In this document: in pieces, positions 13,562 through 45,723 of the stretch
Layout: every line of letters begins with the position of its first letter
Position numbering within the stretch: position 1 is the stretch's first letter
Made by a program: the position numbers and the translations under genes
Notes under the pieces: generated by a model
Databases searched by the model: none
The model's input: only the letters and a program-made list of their open reading frames with translations
Told to the model about the DNA's origin: nothing
NCBI GenBank assembly: GCA_965153355.1
Contig: OZ231126.1
Coordinates: forward strand, 49,042,001 to 49,106,000
Direction: 5' to 3'
Length of the DNA: 64,000 bases
DNA from: Flaccisagitta enflata
Lineage: Eukaryota

Positions 13562-14471
13562 ACAATGATGAACGGTCTTCGTTGATTCTTTCTCCTCGCT
13601 TTGGTTCTATAAGGTTGAGGCTAGAGCCAGGTAAATAAAATCAACATAGGTAAATAATAACAGTCGCAAAAGCGTTCCATGGTCAGCGGTACCTGTGCCT
13701 TGCTTAAGTAGGGTATGATTGTAATTGAGGGAGGGAGCTTGGCAGCGGCCCCGTAGGGAGTCCCATGCGGGGAATTTTCTCCTCCATCTTCTCCTCCTTC
13801 TCCTCCGCATCCCCCTTCCCCCAACCTTTTTCTCAGCCCTTATCTCAGCCTCGGGACCCATATCCCAGCCTCGAGGCCCAAATCAAAGTCTTAAGGCCCA
13901 AATCCCGCTGCCCTGCTCCCTCCCTCAACTTCAAGCACAATGTACTTAGGCAGGGCACGGGCACCGCTGACCATCTAACACTTTTGCGACAATTCCGTTT
14001 GGGGCCGCTGCCCTGCTTTCTCCCACTTCAATTCACAATCATGCAAAGCAGGGCAACGGGTATCGCTGACCACATATTGCCCTTGGGCGACCTACTGTCT
14101 TTTTATGATATTCAAAATTTTCCTCAGGATTTGGCTAGCTAAGCGGGCTTTGAGGGTCCAAAACGGGTGTTTAATGTGTAGGGCCCATCCGATAGAGACG
14201 CGGCAATGCAAGTAACTGGGGGGGGGGGGGGCTAGGATTTCTCTGCACGTCCCTGAGCCTAATTTGAGACACAGCTGTTTTCTTAAGAAATCTTGACATG
14301 TGCGCGCAACTCTTATGTCTTGAAAAAGTTTTGTCGCTAAGGACCATAGTAACCAGTAAGGTTCTGATTTCACTTATTTTGTTATTTGTATAAAAACAAA
14401 TAAAACTGACTGTAATAGTCTAACAATCTAACTCTAGCAGTCTCACAGTCCCCTAATCCCAAAGCCTCTTA

Positions 14472-15051
14472 ACATCTGTCGCATAATTATCGTCACAACA
14501 TGAAAAGAGGGAAAACTGTCCAAGATTTTGTCCAAAAGTCTTGAAATTTTTACTGGAGATAGCTAAATACTTATTATCAAGTGTGCTAGAAGCAGAAAGA
14601 GATTTGTGCCCATGCAGGTGCAGTAAAGGGTATCAATGAGAAAAACCCCTAACAATATTTTACACATTTTCATCCACTTTTTTATCATCTTTTTTTTAGC
14701 TTATAACTCAGTTGTTTTTCAAAGGATTTGCAGAAAATTGGTGACGGTTAGAAAGATCTTGAAAAGATCTTTAAAATGGGACCAATCTGGCATTTCTAGC
14801 TTCATTCGTTTAAAAGATACAAGCAAAACAAGATTGACTGTCTAAAAAATGGGAAAATTCTATGACCTGTACCCCTGAGGGTAAAACGCAGTTTTATGCA
14901 AAATCTGGCCTCAGGAACATTTGAAAACTGGTGAATTCCCTCTATCACACCAATATGCCATATAAAACTGCAAAACATCTATCAGCACTGTTGATATCAA
15001 CCCCAAATTGGTGAAAACATATGTGTGTGACGATAATTATGCGACAGATGT
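14472..15051. mobile_element. MITE with perfect 26-bp TIR (TA TSD)
   Basis: TA-acatctgtcgcataattatcgtcaca ... tgtgacgataattatgcgacagatgt-TA. Confidence 0.75.
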
Positions 15052-15648
15052 TACAGTTTCACAGATTATCAGTTTCTGAGACTCTCACGTATGAGACAGA
15101 AATAGAATCCTAACTCATTTTTTCATCAAGTATCATCAAAGACACCATCCGCGACAAGCTTTTATCTCATATTCGTTAAGAGCACATCGCGTTAAGAGCT
15201 AATGGATACCGCTCAGATATTTCTTATCATTTTCTCGTTGTTCCACCTGTTTATCGATAAATCCTTTTCGTTTTTGTTGAGCCTCATGTCTTATCGTCAT
15301 CTTTTCTTCTTCTTCTTCCTCTTTTTCTTTTGTTACACGAAACTCTGTAAGAGGCTTTGTCCGTCCGTTGGTCCGTTGGTCCGTTGGTCCGTTGGTCCGT
15401 TGGTCCGTTGGTCACGCTCGAGTTGTCATGCTTGAGTTAAAAACGCGAAAAACGCCTAATCGCCTATTTATGATGCTGCAGTTGGTATTGTTTGTGTGTG
15501 AGTGTGTTGGAGGGGGGTTGGGGGTGAGGCTGGGGTTGGATGCCCCTGCCCACCCGTCCGCAACGATATTGTGACCCCGCGTCACTTGTTTCTTTTGTTT
15601 CATCATCTCATTCTTCAATTTCGCATTCTTCTTTTTCTTCTTCGATAT

Positions 15649-15905
15649 TATTAAAACAACGTTTAATCGCATTATGGAGATACAGTGCAGAGTGAGCAAA
15701 AAAAAAACAACTTTTTTTGCCTTAATCTTCGAAAACCACTTTGGGCATCATCATCAGAGGCAGAAAGCAGAGGCAGAGGCAGAAACCTTTCTGCCTCTGA
15801 TGATGATGCCCAAGGTGGTTTTCGAAGATTAAGGCAAAAAAAGTTGTTTTTTTTTTGCTCACTCTGCACTGTATCTCCATAATGCGATTAAACGTTGTTT
15901 TAATA
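15649..15905. repeat. Near-perfect foldback: 119-bp arms, 19-nt loop
   Basis: 15649-15767 is the reverse complement of 15787-15905, with one mismatch seen. Confidence 0.92.
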
Positions 15906-15978
15906 GTTTTACTACCGGTGCTTGCGATGACGATTCGTCACCTTCTTCGATATTAGTTTTTTTCATCCTCCTGATGCC

Positions 15979-16450
<472 letters not shown>

Positions 16451-16489
16451 CTCCTTCTTCACTATCTCGCATCTCCCCTTCCTATACAT

Positions 16490-16828
16490 TAGGGTGACTT
16501 AAATCATGGTCAAATCTGAATCTTGTCTTCCTCGCAGGAGAAATGTGACCATTTACATCAGAGAGAATGACTCTAAATTATGGTGAGGATAAGATTAAGT
16601 TCACTCATGACCGCTACCCCACCTCCTTTCCCATTATAAAAAATAGGGAATTTAGATAGCCAAAATTTTTCACGTCTATTTTCTATGGTATGCAAGGGGG
16701 GTGGCGGACATGAGTAATTTTTATCTGATCACCACCAGATTTTAGAGACATTATTTGTGATGGATATGTACACATTTCTCCCGCGAAGACGACACGATTT
16801 GAGTTTGACCATATTTTCAGTCACCCTA
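16490..16828. mobile_element. hAT-type MITE (TAGGGTGAC termini, 8-bp TSD)
   Basis: Imperfect TIRs tagggtgacttaaatcatggtcaaa / tttgaccatattttcagtcacccta; flanks ctatacat / ctatgcat. Confidence 0.7.
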
Positions 16829-16861
16829 CTATGCATCCCTCTTCTCCCTTTCCCCGCAAAC

Positions 16862-34834
<17,973 letters not shown>

Positions 34835-34874
34835 TTTATCTGGATCATGAACGGCTCAGAAAGAATTAGAATGC

Positions 34875-34917
<43 letters not shown>

Positions 34918-37900
34918 CTGTCTGAGTTATCACTCGGGCGCGGGTCATTTACCTTTGTTGCTCATATGAAATGTGCAACAAAAAGCATCTTACAAAAAAC
35001 GAAGAAGAATGTTGGTTTTTTTTGTCAAAATCAACTGAATATCTAAAGATAAACAAAAAATTCAAAAGTTTCTTATTCCTGTATAGTATATGTTTCCACT
35101 CATATACTCACCTATCCAATGTTAGGTACGACCTAATTTTGAGAGTTAATGAATATCAAAACCTTTGGATTAGTAATTTTTATGCAAAAAACAAGACTCT
35201 TGTCTCACCCTTAACAAAATCTTTTTTCATGTATGCTACATATTGGGTTAGGGGATAAAGGTTAGTGAAAACGGTAACTGTTGTGTGTTAGCCACTCGTG
35301 CGCATGTCACTTGTATCGCGGGTCTCAGGCGTGCGCCGATCCCACATGCAATGGTCACTTGCGCGTGTGGGTCAATCGTGGGTGAATACGTGTCCTTTTG
35401 ATTATCTGAGACCAGTGAATAGAAAAACAAGCCCGACCAGGCAACGATGCGTCCTGACTGTGCCACTGCGTGGAGTGAATCACACGATGACGATGATGAC
35501 GATTATGACGATTATGACGATCCAGTGGCAAAGGAGACGGGAGTCGGGGCCCCGAAAACAAGAAAAGGAAGAACGACGCAATTTGTGACGCCAATTCGTT
35601 TATTATATGGTCAACGGTTTTAGGTGGAGTTTGCGGACGTTTCTAGTCAGAGACAATCTCGTTTTTAACGGGCCACTCGGTCGCTCGCTACATTCGTCGC
35701 CTACCCATTTAGCACCTGAAAAAAACTGTTCATCTTCAGGCATTTGCCCGTCATGAGAAGACAGTGGTTTATTGCAGAAGACTAATCAAAGAAGTGGAAT
35801 GGGTTATCGAGATAATCGGAAACAAAGCCGCGAAAAGACAAGGATGGAAAGCAGCAGCGGTCAGAGAAAGGATGAGTCAACTGAAACAAGTGACGCGGGG
35901 TGACAATATCTACACCCAACGCCGTCACAATATCCACACCCAACGCCACACCCAACCCCCATTCCAACACAGACATACACAACAGGTCATCCAAGGATCG
36001 CACTTGGTCAGCGGTACCCAATGCCCCGCTTGAAGTGATAGCTGAAGAAGTGGAGTGAGAGCAGGGCAGCGGCCGCAAAGGGCCGATGTCCTGTAGGACA
36101 TAGGGGTGAATTTCCATATGTCCTGAGAGGGCATATTTGAAGCCTTTGGAGCAATTTTCCATGATAATCAATGGGGGTTTTTCATTTTTTAAAAATTTCT
36201 CATCAATTTGTCATGTTATTCAATGGGAAATTTACATTTTTTCACTTTTCATCAATTTTCCATGTTATTCAATTGGAAGTTTGCATTTTATCAATTTCCC
36301 ATGTTATTCAATGGGAATTTGAGGCTTGAGAATCTCGGGGGGGGGGGGGGGGGGAGGGACGGACGTACATACGGACGGACGGATGGACGTACTGATGGAC
36401 GGACATATGGAAATTCACCCCTGTATCCTACAGGACATCGGCCCTTTGAGGCCGCTGCACAAAAAGCTTCTAAAACGCTTGTTTTCCCACTTTTCAACTA
36501 TTGTCCACAAACGGCCCGACGGATCAACGGACGGACAAAGCCTCTTATAGAGTTGCGCGTCCGCAACTAAAAATGGGAAAGAAATGAGAAGGAAAAGCGA
36601 TGGAATGGAAAGGAAAACTGATTAAGAGATGAAGTTCGTCTTTGTGAAGTTCGTGTTTGTGTTCGTGTTTGTACGTGTGAAAAGTGTGGAAAAGTGTGTG
36701 TCGGTCAAAAGGTCTGACAAACCATAGGAGAACGATGCTTGATAAAAGTCTGCTACAAAGAAAACAAGGCCAACACCTTACAGTCGCGTGCGGTTGTTAA
36801 GACCAAAAGACTAAAAGACCAAAAGATAGATATTGACCTTAGATCCAAAATCTAAGTCCTTGTGAATTTTCATATTTCTCTTTTATATGCGGCCAGTCCG
36901 AAGGTAGTAACGGCATGAGCTCTAGCTTGAACTAATCTGCTTGAATTTGTTCCTGAAAGATACCTTGGCATATGTGCATAACTCTGTTGATCTCATTGAC
37001 CAAAATTTTGAACTTCTTAGGGGCCCCTAGGGGCCCCCAAAAAGCCCTTAATGAGGATTTTTTTTTCGAAAAAAAAGTGGGGTTCATTTGAAAGGAAATT
37101 GCTTGATTCGCCTAGATCCAAAATCTTGTAATTTTACTTTTTTTAAAAAAACTTAAAAAATTTTTGTGTCGGCCATATTTCAAAAGAAAGTTTAAAGATT
37201 CTCCTGGAATTTCTTTAGTTTGATATGGTTCAAACAAATGCTCATAACATCTAAAGTATCTGAGCCAGAACCTTGAAATTTGAAACGTGCATTATTGACA
37301 CGGTAAGGAAATTAGCTGTCATTAGTTTTAGAAAGACATCATCCTCCAATTCCACGTCAATCCAACCCAAAATTGTCCCCTGCATGAGGGAAAACCGGCG
37401 CGAAAAAAATTCAGCTCTAATTTTCTTGTCAGTTTGCTATTGCTTGCACTCCTTTCGATGGTGGAAATGAAGGAAAAAAATGGTCAATTTGATATCAGCT
37501 TCACCAACAAAAATGCTCGTAACACAGCAATATACCATGTTCTGATTATAGGTCCACCTGACTGACCTATTTTTTAAGTGCGTCCCTGCACTTCTACAAG
37601 AGGTCATGTCCGTCTGTCTGTTGGTTGGTCTGTTGGTAACGCAAATGTTTAAAACGCTCAGAACGGTCAATTCTGTCGTCTGTCTTCATTCCTATTACCT
37701 CTCTTACCTAACAACATTCATTTTCATTCTGTTTTTCATTCATTCGTTTATTCATTCATTTGTTTATTCATTCATTCATTCATTCATTTATTCAAAAAGT
37801 TCATTCACAAATTCTTAATCAAGCGAGGCGCACATATTGGCCATAACAAGGAATTCATAAATGGTCATGAAAAAGTGTCAAGGAGACGTCTAAAGGAGGA

Positions 37901-40026
37901 AGCTCTATTTTTTTCATAATTGGGATCGCCACACTGTGATTGAGGCCTCCAGCTGGGATTTGGGTCTTGAGGCTTGGATTTGGGCCTTGAGGCTAGGATT
38001 TGAGTCCGGGAGGGGGGGAACGAACGGAGAAGGAGGAAAAATTTTCCCTATTTTTGAAAGCATAGGTCATCGACCCCTTCAGGGCCGCTGTCCGAAAAAC
38101 AAGGCTGGATACATGGCTACCGATGTCGCATGCCGGTGGAGAGGGGCTATATTTGAGGTCACTTGACCATTTGAGCAGGAGCAGTGAGGTCAAATAGATA
38201 AGATCATAACAGGTCGCCCAAGGGCAATATGTGGTCCAAGGATCGCACATGGTCAGCGGTACCCAATGCCCTGCTTGGAGTGATCAGCTGTAGAAGTGGC
38301 CTGAGAGCAGGGCAGCAGCCCCAAAGGGCGGATGTCCTGTACAACACAAGGGTGAATTTCCAAACGTCCTGAGAAGACACATTTAAGGGCTGATTTGATT
38401 GATTAGAGCACAGTAATGAGATCAGGGAAGTGGGCAGATTAGAGACCTGAGAGGGTTATTTTGAGAGCTGAATTGAGACCCAAGTTGTCAGATTTCTAGG
38501 TTGGAGAGAGCTGATTTTTGGCCTGAAATGGTTGAGTTTGGGCCTGAATAGGCTGATTAAGGGCTTTTGTGGACTGATGTTGGGCTTGAGAGAGCTTACT
38601 TTGGATCTGAAAGGGCTGATTTGAGGCCTGAGAGGGCTGAGTTATGGGTATGAGAGGGCTAAATTGAGGTCTAAGAGGGGCCTTGGGGGGGGACGGACGT
38701 AGAGACAGACGTACAAATGGACGTACAGAAATTCACCCCTGTGTCCCTTTGGCGCTGCTGCCCAAAAGTAAAATGTGACTGACCGACTAACCATTAGTAG
38801 GCATCCAATATGGCGAGAATTCTAGGATTCAGGGCACCTCGGGGGGGCATAAGCTGTCTTAACTTTCGGTTTAGACGCCAATTTCACCTTGTTGTATTGA
38901 AAATCATAAAGCGCCTGTGCCTGTGTCATCATCTACAAAAAAATCACTAGTAAAAGTTGTTCTTCTGCCTTCCTCTTGCTCTCTGTTTTAGCGGCCCTCT
39001 AGGGACACAGAGCAGAAAACGCAAAAAACATATGAGCAATGCAGCGGCAGCGTCAGGAGCAGCGGCAGAGGATTTAAAACCAAGCTGCGGTCTCTTGATT
39101 GTTGAGGAATTTATGATAATAGTACACATTTAAAACTCAAAAGCGCAGTATGTTATACTTTGAACCAAGCATTGTCCACTTACACACAGCAAGTTAAGAC
39201 AGCCCCTCATTCACTTATCCGAATCTTTCACCGGTGCTATGCGTTTTTAGCTTGAAATTTTATGCCTACCATTAGATGGACGGAAAAAGCGGTTTGTTGA
39301 GTAGCATGCATGCAACTAAAAAGCTCATTATTCAAAAGTTTTGCAAGCAAAACTATGTGTGACCAAACAATAGAGCATGCTCTTACTATGATATCAATCA
39401 AACCAAACCAAATAACAGAGCATGCGCTAAACCACACTGGGGCAGATGACCTATGATTCCACATGGCCACACAGGGCGATATTCTCTGGTTTTCCACTCA
39501 GACCTCAGATCAGATCTCTCAGATCTGAATTCAAGCCCTTCAGACCCAAATTCAGGCCTCTCAGACCACAATTCAGGCCTCTCAGACCCTAAAACAAGCC
39601 CCTCAGACCTCAAATCAGGCCTCTTAGACCTCAAATCAGGCCCCTCAGACCAAAATTCAAAGCCCCTCAGACCCTAATTCAGGCCTCTCAGACTCGACTC
39701 AGACCCCCCAAATCCTGACTCAGGTCTCCAAAACCTCAAATCAGGCCTTTAGACCCCAGATTAACACTCTTTGACCCTAATTCAGAAAATCCCCCTGTGT
39801 GGACTCATAGGTCATCTGCCCCTTTGGGGCCGCAGCCGCTTCACGTTCACCATCACATCCTCATGTAAACTAACTTAGGGGCATCGGGTACCACTGACCA
39901 TGTAACGCTTTTGCGACTATTTAGATGTAGATTAGTGAGAGGCTTCATCCATCTGTCTATTGCCATTGATCCGTTTGTGGTTTTGTCTGTAGGTCCGTGT
40001 AGGAATGCGAATTTCTGGCCCGTGTT

Positions 40027-40080
<54 letters not shown>

Positions 40081-41994
40081 TGGATGTGGGTGTGGGTGTG
40101 TGTGTGTGTGTGTGTGTGTGTGCATCCTTGCAATTGTAACTCTGTGTCACTTGTTTTGTACAGAACCAGAATATGACAATGACTAAGTCTAAGGCTGTGT
40201 TCAGCAATATTGCATAGGAATGATGCTATATACACGGCTACCCTAGTCATGTGCTGGTGGGCAGGGGCAGTGATAGAGAAGGTCACTGGGGTATTTGGGC
40301 AGGTATTTGCCCCTAGGCTGACCTAAGCTGGGCTAGGATTTAAGCATGGAGGCTATGATTTAAGACCCTGCTTGCATCAGAGCTATGAGGTTAGGATTTT
40401 AGCCGTGATGCTGGGATTTGAGCCAAAAGGCTGGGATTAGAGTCATATGGTTGGGCCTTGAGGCTGGGGTGGGAGCTTTGGAGATGGGATGGGAGTCTTG
40501 AGGCTCGAAGTTGAGCTTAGAGGCTGGGATTGGTGCCTAAGGCTCACTGGGTTGGAGCCTTAGGCTGAGGTAAATTTGGGCTTTGATGCGGGGGGGGGGG
40601 GGTGGAGTGGGAGGAGAAGGAGAAATTTCCTGTAATTGTGAAAGCAAAGGTCATTGGCCCCTTTGGAGCCGCTGCCTAAAAAGAAAACCAACTGATTAAG
40701 CGATCAACCAACTGACCACCCAACCAACGGACCAATCTACTGACAGATAAATCAGGCATCAGGGTAGAGTCGCGTAGCACGCGATTAAAAGTGTAACGGC
40801 ATTCTCATTGAAATGAAATAAAAGTTTCATCAAAATTCCGTAGAATTCAAATTACATAATCAGCATGTGACAGAAACCAAAACAAGTGACGCAGGGTCAT
40901 AACGCTTCAATGCTTCAGCCCACCCCCCCCTTTCAACACAGACACATTCACAAAAAGCTTTTAAAATGCTCGTTTTCCCACTTTCCGTCTCGTGCCCACA
41001 GGCGGACAGACGGACAGACGTGTCTGCAACAAAAAACATCGGCATACGAGTGGCTGATGCAAGGGATAGATTATCAGCAGTGTTTTCGAAAATGTTTCAT
41101 TTTTCTGAAGAAGGAGAGATAGAATAGGACTTAGGGACGTGACAATTTAACGCAAAAGAAATAACACCATGGATGGACAGATGGATGAATAGACGGATGG
41201 ACAGATGGACGGGCGGATGTGCGGATAGATGGATGGGCAGATAGATGGACAGATGGACGGACAAGTCTTTTAGAGATGCGTGGACGCATCTACATAATAA
41301 CTGAGTAAAAAATCTTTGCGCTTCCGCGCATAAGAAAAAAAAAGATAAAATGCAATCAAGACCTGTAAAGAAGCAGTTGACAAGCTGTTCCAGCATGCTT
41401 TTAGGTGAAACCTGTCTATTGTCTGACTAATACGTCCAGAAGCTTATCTTATTGGAGTCTATATCTATACTAATGAAGTAGAAAGAAAAACCAGTGGCTG
41501 TCGCCAATACTGTGGATCGCGATGTTTAATTTGATTCTTTTTATTTCCATTTTTTATTTTTCACTTTTCACTTTTCACTTTTCACTTTTTACTTTTCACT
41601 TTTCACTTTTCACTTTTCACTTTTCATTTTTCACTTTTTATTTTTCACTTTTATTTTTCACTTTTTCCCTTTTATTTTTCATTTTTCAGATTTTACTTTT
41701 CACTTTATACCCTTTATTTGTTATTTTTCACTTTTTTGGTTTCATTTTTCTTTTTTTCTTTTTTTTATTTCACGTTTTATTTTGCACTTTTCATCTTTCT
41801 TCTGTTTTCTTTTTTTTTCTTTTTTCTTTTTTTATATATTTCAACTGTAATCACAATATTCATTTACACATAAAAATTTTAGATATAAAATTTAGATAAG
41901 AAAAAAAAGAAAAAAAACCCCAACTATAAGTGAATTGCGAAAATTATTGAACATATCAAGCTTTGTGGTATTTATTTGATAGCTGAAAATGTTG

Positions 41995-42198
<204 letters not shown>

Positions 42199-42299
42199 TC
42201 ACTCACTCACTCACTCACTCACTCACTCACTCACTCTCTCTCTCTCTCTCTGTTTTTCTCTCCCCTTCTCTCTCGCAAAAAGTGAGGACACATTTTTAG

Positions 42300-43700
42300 T
42301 TAAAAAGAGTTAAAAAGGCAAATTGAGAAAGATTTTTAGACATCTGATGAAAAAAAAAAACTAACTTAAATGACTAAGGAGAGGATATTCTTGAGATAAA
42401 AAAAATACAAAATATGATAAGTGGTGAGGATGCAAGTAACAAAGTATTTACAAAGAGATATATGGAGATATCCAGAAAAAAAAACACAAACAAAAGACTA
42501 AAGTGTAGACACATTCTTGGGATAAAAAAAAACTTATAGACTATGATAGATGGGAGAAAAAAGGTGAGAATGTAAAAACAAAAGATTTACAAAGAGATAT
42601 ATGGAGACATCTTGAGAAAAAAAATAACAAAAACAAAGGACTAAGGTGAGGACACATTCTTGAGATTAAAAAAAAAATTACAGAATATGATAGGAAAAAA
42701 TAGGTGAGGATACAGAAACAAAAGATTTACAAAGAGATATATGGAGACATCTTGAGAGAAAAAAATAACAAAAACAAAAGACTAAGGTGAGCACACAATC
42801 TTGAGATGAAAAAAAAATACAGAATAAAGAAGAAAGAAGAAAACAAAAAGGTGAGCACGCGAAATAATAAAAAAAAGACTAACACAAACAAAAGACTAAG
42901 GTATATATGGAGACATCTTGAGAGAAAAAAATAACAAAAACAAAAGATTAAGGTGAGCACACAATCTTGAGATGAAAAAAAAAACACAGAATAAAGAAGA
43001 TAAGAAAACGAAAAGGTAAGCACGCAAAATAATAAAGAAAAAGACTAACACAAACAAAAGACTAAGGTATATATGGAGATATCTTGAGAGAAAAAAATAA
43101 CAAAAACAAAAGACTGAGGTGAGCACACAATCTTGAGATGAAAAAAAAATACAGAATAAAGAAGATAGAAGAAAACAAAAAGGTGAGCACGCAAAATAAT
43201 AAAAAGAAAAAAACTAACACAAACAAAAGACTAAGGTATATATGGAGACATCTTGAGAGAAAAAAGTAACATAAACAAAAGACTAAGGTGAGCACACAAT
43301 CTTGAGATAAAAAAAAAAAAAACAGAATAAAGAAGATAGAAGAAAACAAAAAGGTGAGCACGCAAAATAATAAAAAGAAAAAAACTAACACAAACAAAAG
43401 ACTAAGATATATATGGAGACATCTTGAGAGAAAAAAATAACATAAACAAAAGACTAAGGTGAGCACACAATCTTGAGATGAAAAAAAAATACAGAATAAA
43501 GAAGATAGAAGAAAATGAAAAGGTGAGCACGCAAAATAATAAAAAGAAAAAAACTAACACAAACAAAAGACTAAGGTATATATGGAGACATCTTGAGAGA
43601 AAAAAATAACACAAACAAAAGACTAAGGTGAGCACACAATCATAAGATGAAAAAAAAAGAATGAAGGAGATAGAAAAAAAAGAAAAGGTGAGCACGCATA
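42300..43700. repeat. Satellite with ~140-bp then ~168-bp units
   Basis: tatatggaga(c)atcttgaga recurs at ~42460, 42598, 42738, 42903, 43069, 43237, 43407 and 43577. Confidence 0.85.
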
Positions 43701-44446
43701 CAAAAAATAAAAATTAGAAAAAAAAAAAAAAACTTTCCCAGGACTAAGTGGATCTGGCGATCCACAAAAATTGTTGGACCGACTCATTTTACTTCAAACT
43801 AAATTGGAGCCTCTTTACCTTGGAGACTGAGGGTTATGGACGAAAAAGTTAGAGCTGAATTTTTTTCGCGCCGGTTTTCCCTTATGCAGGGAACAATTTT
43901 GGGTCAGATTGACGAGGAATTGGATGATGATGTCTTTGCAAAACTAATAACAGCTTATTTCCATACCGTGTTGAAAGTGCTGAGCAGATCCATGCAAAAG
44001 ATTGAGCTACTGACTCACCTAGGAAAATTTTCGAGTCCAAGTCTACAAAAGACTAAGAGACTAAGTGTAAATTGACTTGAATCAACTTGCGGTTGAAAAA
44101 AAGCTAAGCGTCTCCGACAGACCGACCGACCGACAAAGCGGGGTATAGAGTTGAGTGCACGCGACTAAAAATTCCGTGCAAAAAGGTTAACATGGAGTTT
44201 GCGAATTTGCGATGCGAATTGGAGAAATGGGATCTGCTTGGGTGAGGATCTGGGCGAAGATGTGGAAACTGCCGATGTGGAAACTGCCGAAAGTGGAGGA
44301 AGAGTATGCCAAAACATAGGAAAAGGTGTGGGATGATTGTGATGAAACTCTTCCTAACCGCCACAAATATGTCAAGACACTTGTAGATATGTCAATCGTG
44401 ACGGTTGGGCAAATTCACATGTGAATACAACGCCCATTCATGGATC

Positions 44447-44503
<57 letters not shown>

Positions 44504-44506
<3 letters not shown>

Positions 44507-45623
44507 ATACATGTACTTGCACAAGATCAAACTGTCTTGGTAACATCAGACTGATAGCCGAGGATTGACCTAATCCTAAGGGCATTTCAGAATATTTTTG
44601 TGTTCTTTAGTAATGGTGAGGTTTTGGTTCATGTAGTCCATCCACTTCATATGTAATCCAACAAAGGCCAACTTTGAACAAAACAGATTGGGCCGTATTG
44701 GCAACACCAGTCCAAAAAAAGGCATGTAATTCAGGCATTGTTTCAAGGGGCATGGGCCACAGGTATCAAAGGCAGCAACATTGGATCGAGCATGGCCATA
44801 TTGGCAATTCCATATCAAGCATGTATTGATTTTAGACATCTTCCAGCCGTGGTGGCACTTCCAGTAACAACAATCATTGACAGGATACAAAAGAGGCAGC
44901 ATGGTAGTCCACAGAGGTTGGCAGTCCAATAGGTATAAGGACATCAGCAGGAGTACCCATACTACTTTCTTGACAAGACAGAACGCATGATTCGTTCACT
45001 TCCCAGCAGAGTGATTTTTACACACATCTCAGTAGATAACTCAGCAGGTATCATTTTCAGGTAATCTGGGAATTTTTCAGAAACCACTCCTAGGCCTCCC
45101 ACCACTACTGGAATGATGACGCATTCACTATCCCACATTTTCCCCAACTCAGCACGCAAGCCACTGTATTTTGTTAGCTTTTCATTTTCCTTTGATAATA
45201 CATTTACATCACTGGGGCAGCTTATATCAATGATGTAAGTTTTTTTAGAAGCTTTATCTCGCAGGACAATATCAGGCCGGTTTGCGCCCACCTGTCTGTC
45301 AGTATTCAAGGTCATATCCCAGAGTAATTCAATATTTTTGTTCAATATTACTTCGGTTGGGTTGTGGAGGTGCCATTTGTTTTCGGTCTGAATGTCATAT
45401 GATTTGCAGAGAGCATGATGTACATACCGGGCCACATTGTTATGCCTTTCTAAATATTCCTTCTTAGCTAGTGGTTCACAGCCAGCTAGAAGATGAGTGG
45501 TAGTTTCACTGTGTTGACCACATATTCGACAGGTATCGGTTAGTCTTGTTCGTAGGATGTTGGCCTCATGCCATCTTGTGAAAATAGCTAATTCCTGTAG
45601 TCCGCAAATGTAGGCTTCTGATT
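44504..45623 (-). mobile_element. 5'-truncated non-LTR retrotransposon of the RLE class (R4/Dong-like): C-terminal CCHC knuckle plus restriction-like endonuclease (ORF remnant to stop at 44962) and ~460-nt 3' UTR
   Basis: QE..I.TR, CRICGQHSETTTHLLAGC (CCHC), YLERHNNVA, LLWD, NRPDIV..YIIDISCP..KENEKLTKY (PD-(D/E)xK-type RLE), IPVVVGGLG. Bounded on both sides by (GA)n. Confidence 0.88.
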
Positions 45624-45681
45624 GAGAGAGAGAGAGAGAGAGAGCGAGAGCGAGAGCGAGAGGGAGAGGGAGAGCGAGAGC

Positions 45682-45723
<42 letters not shown>

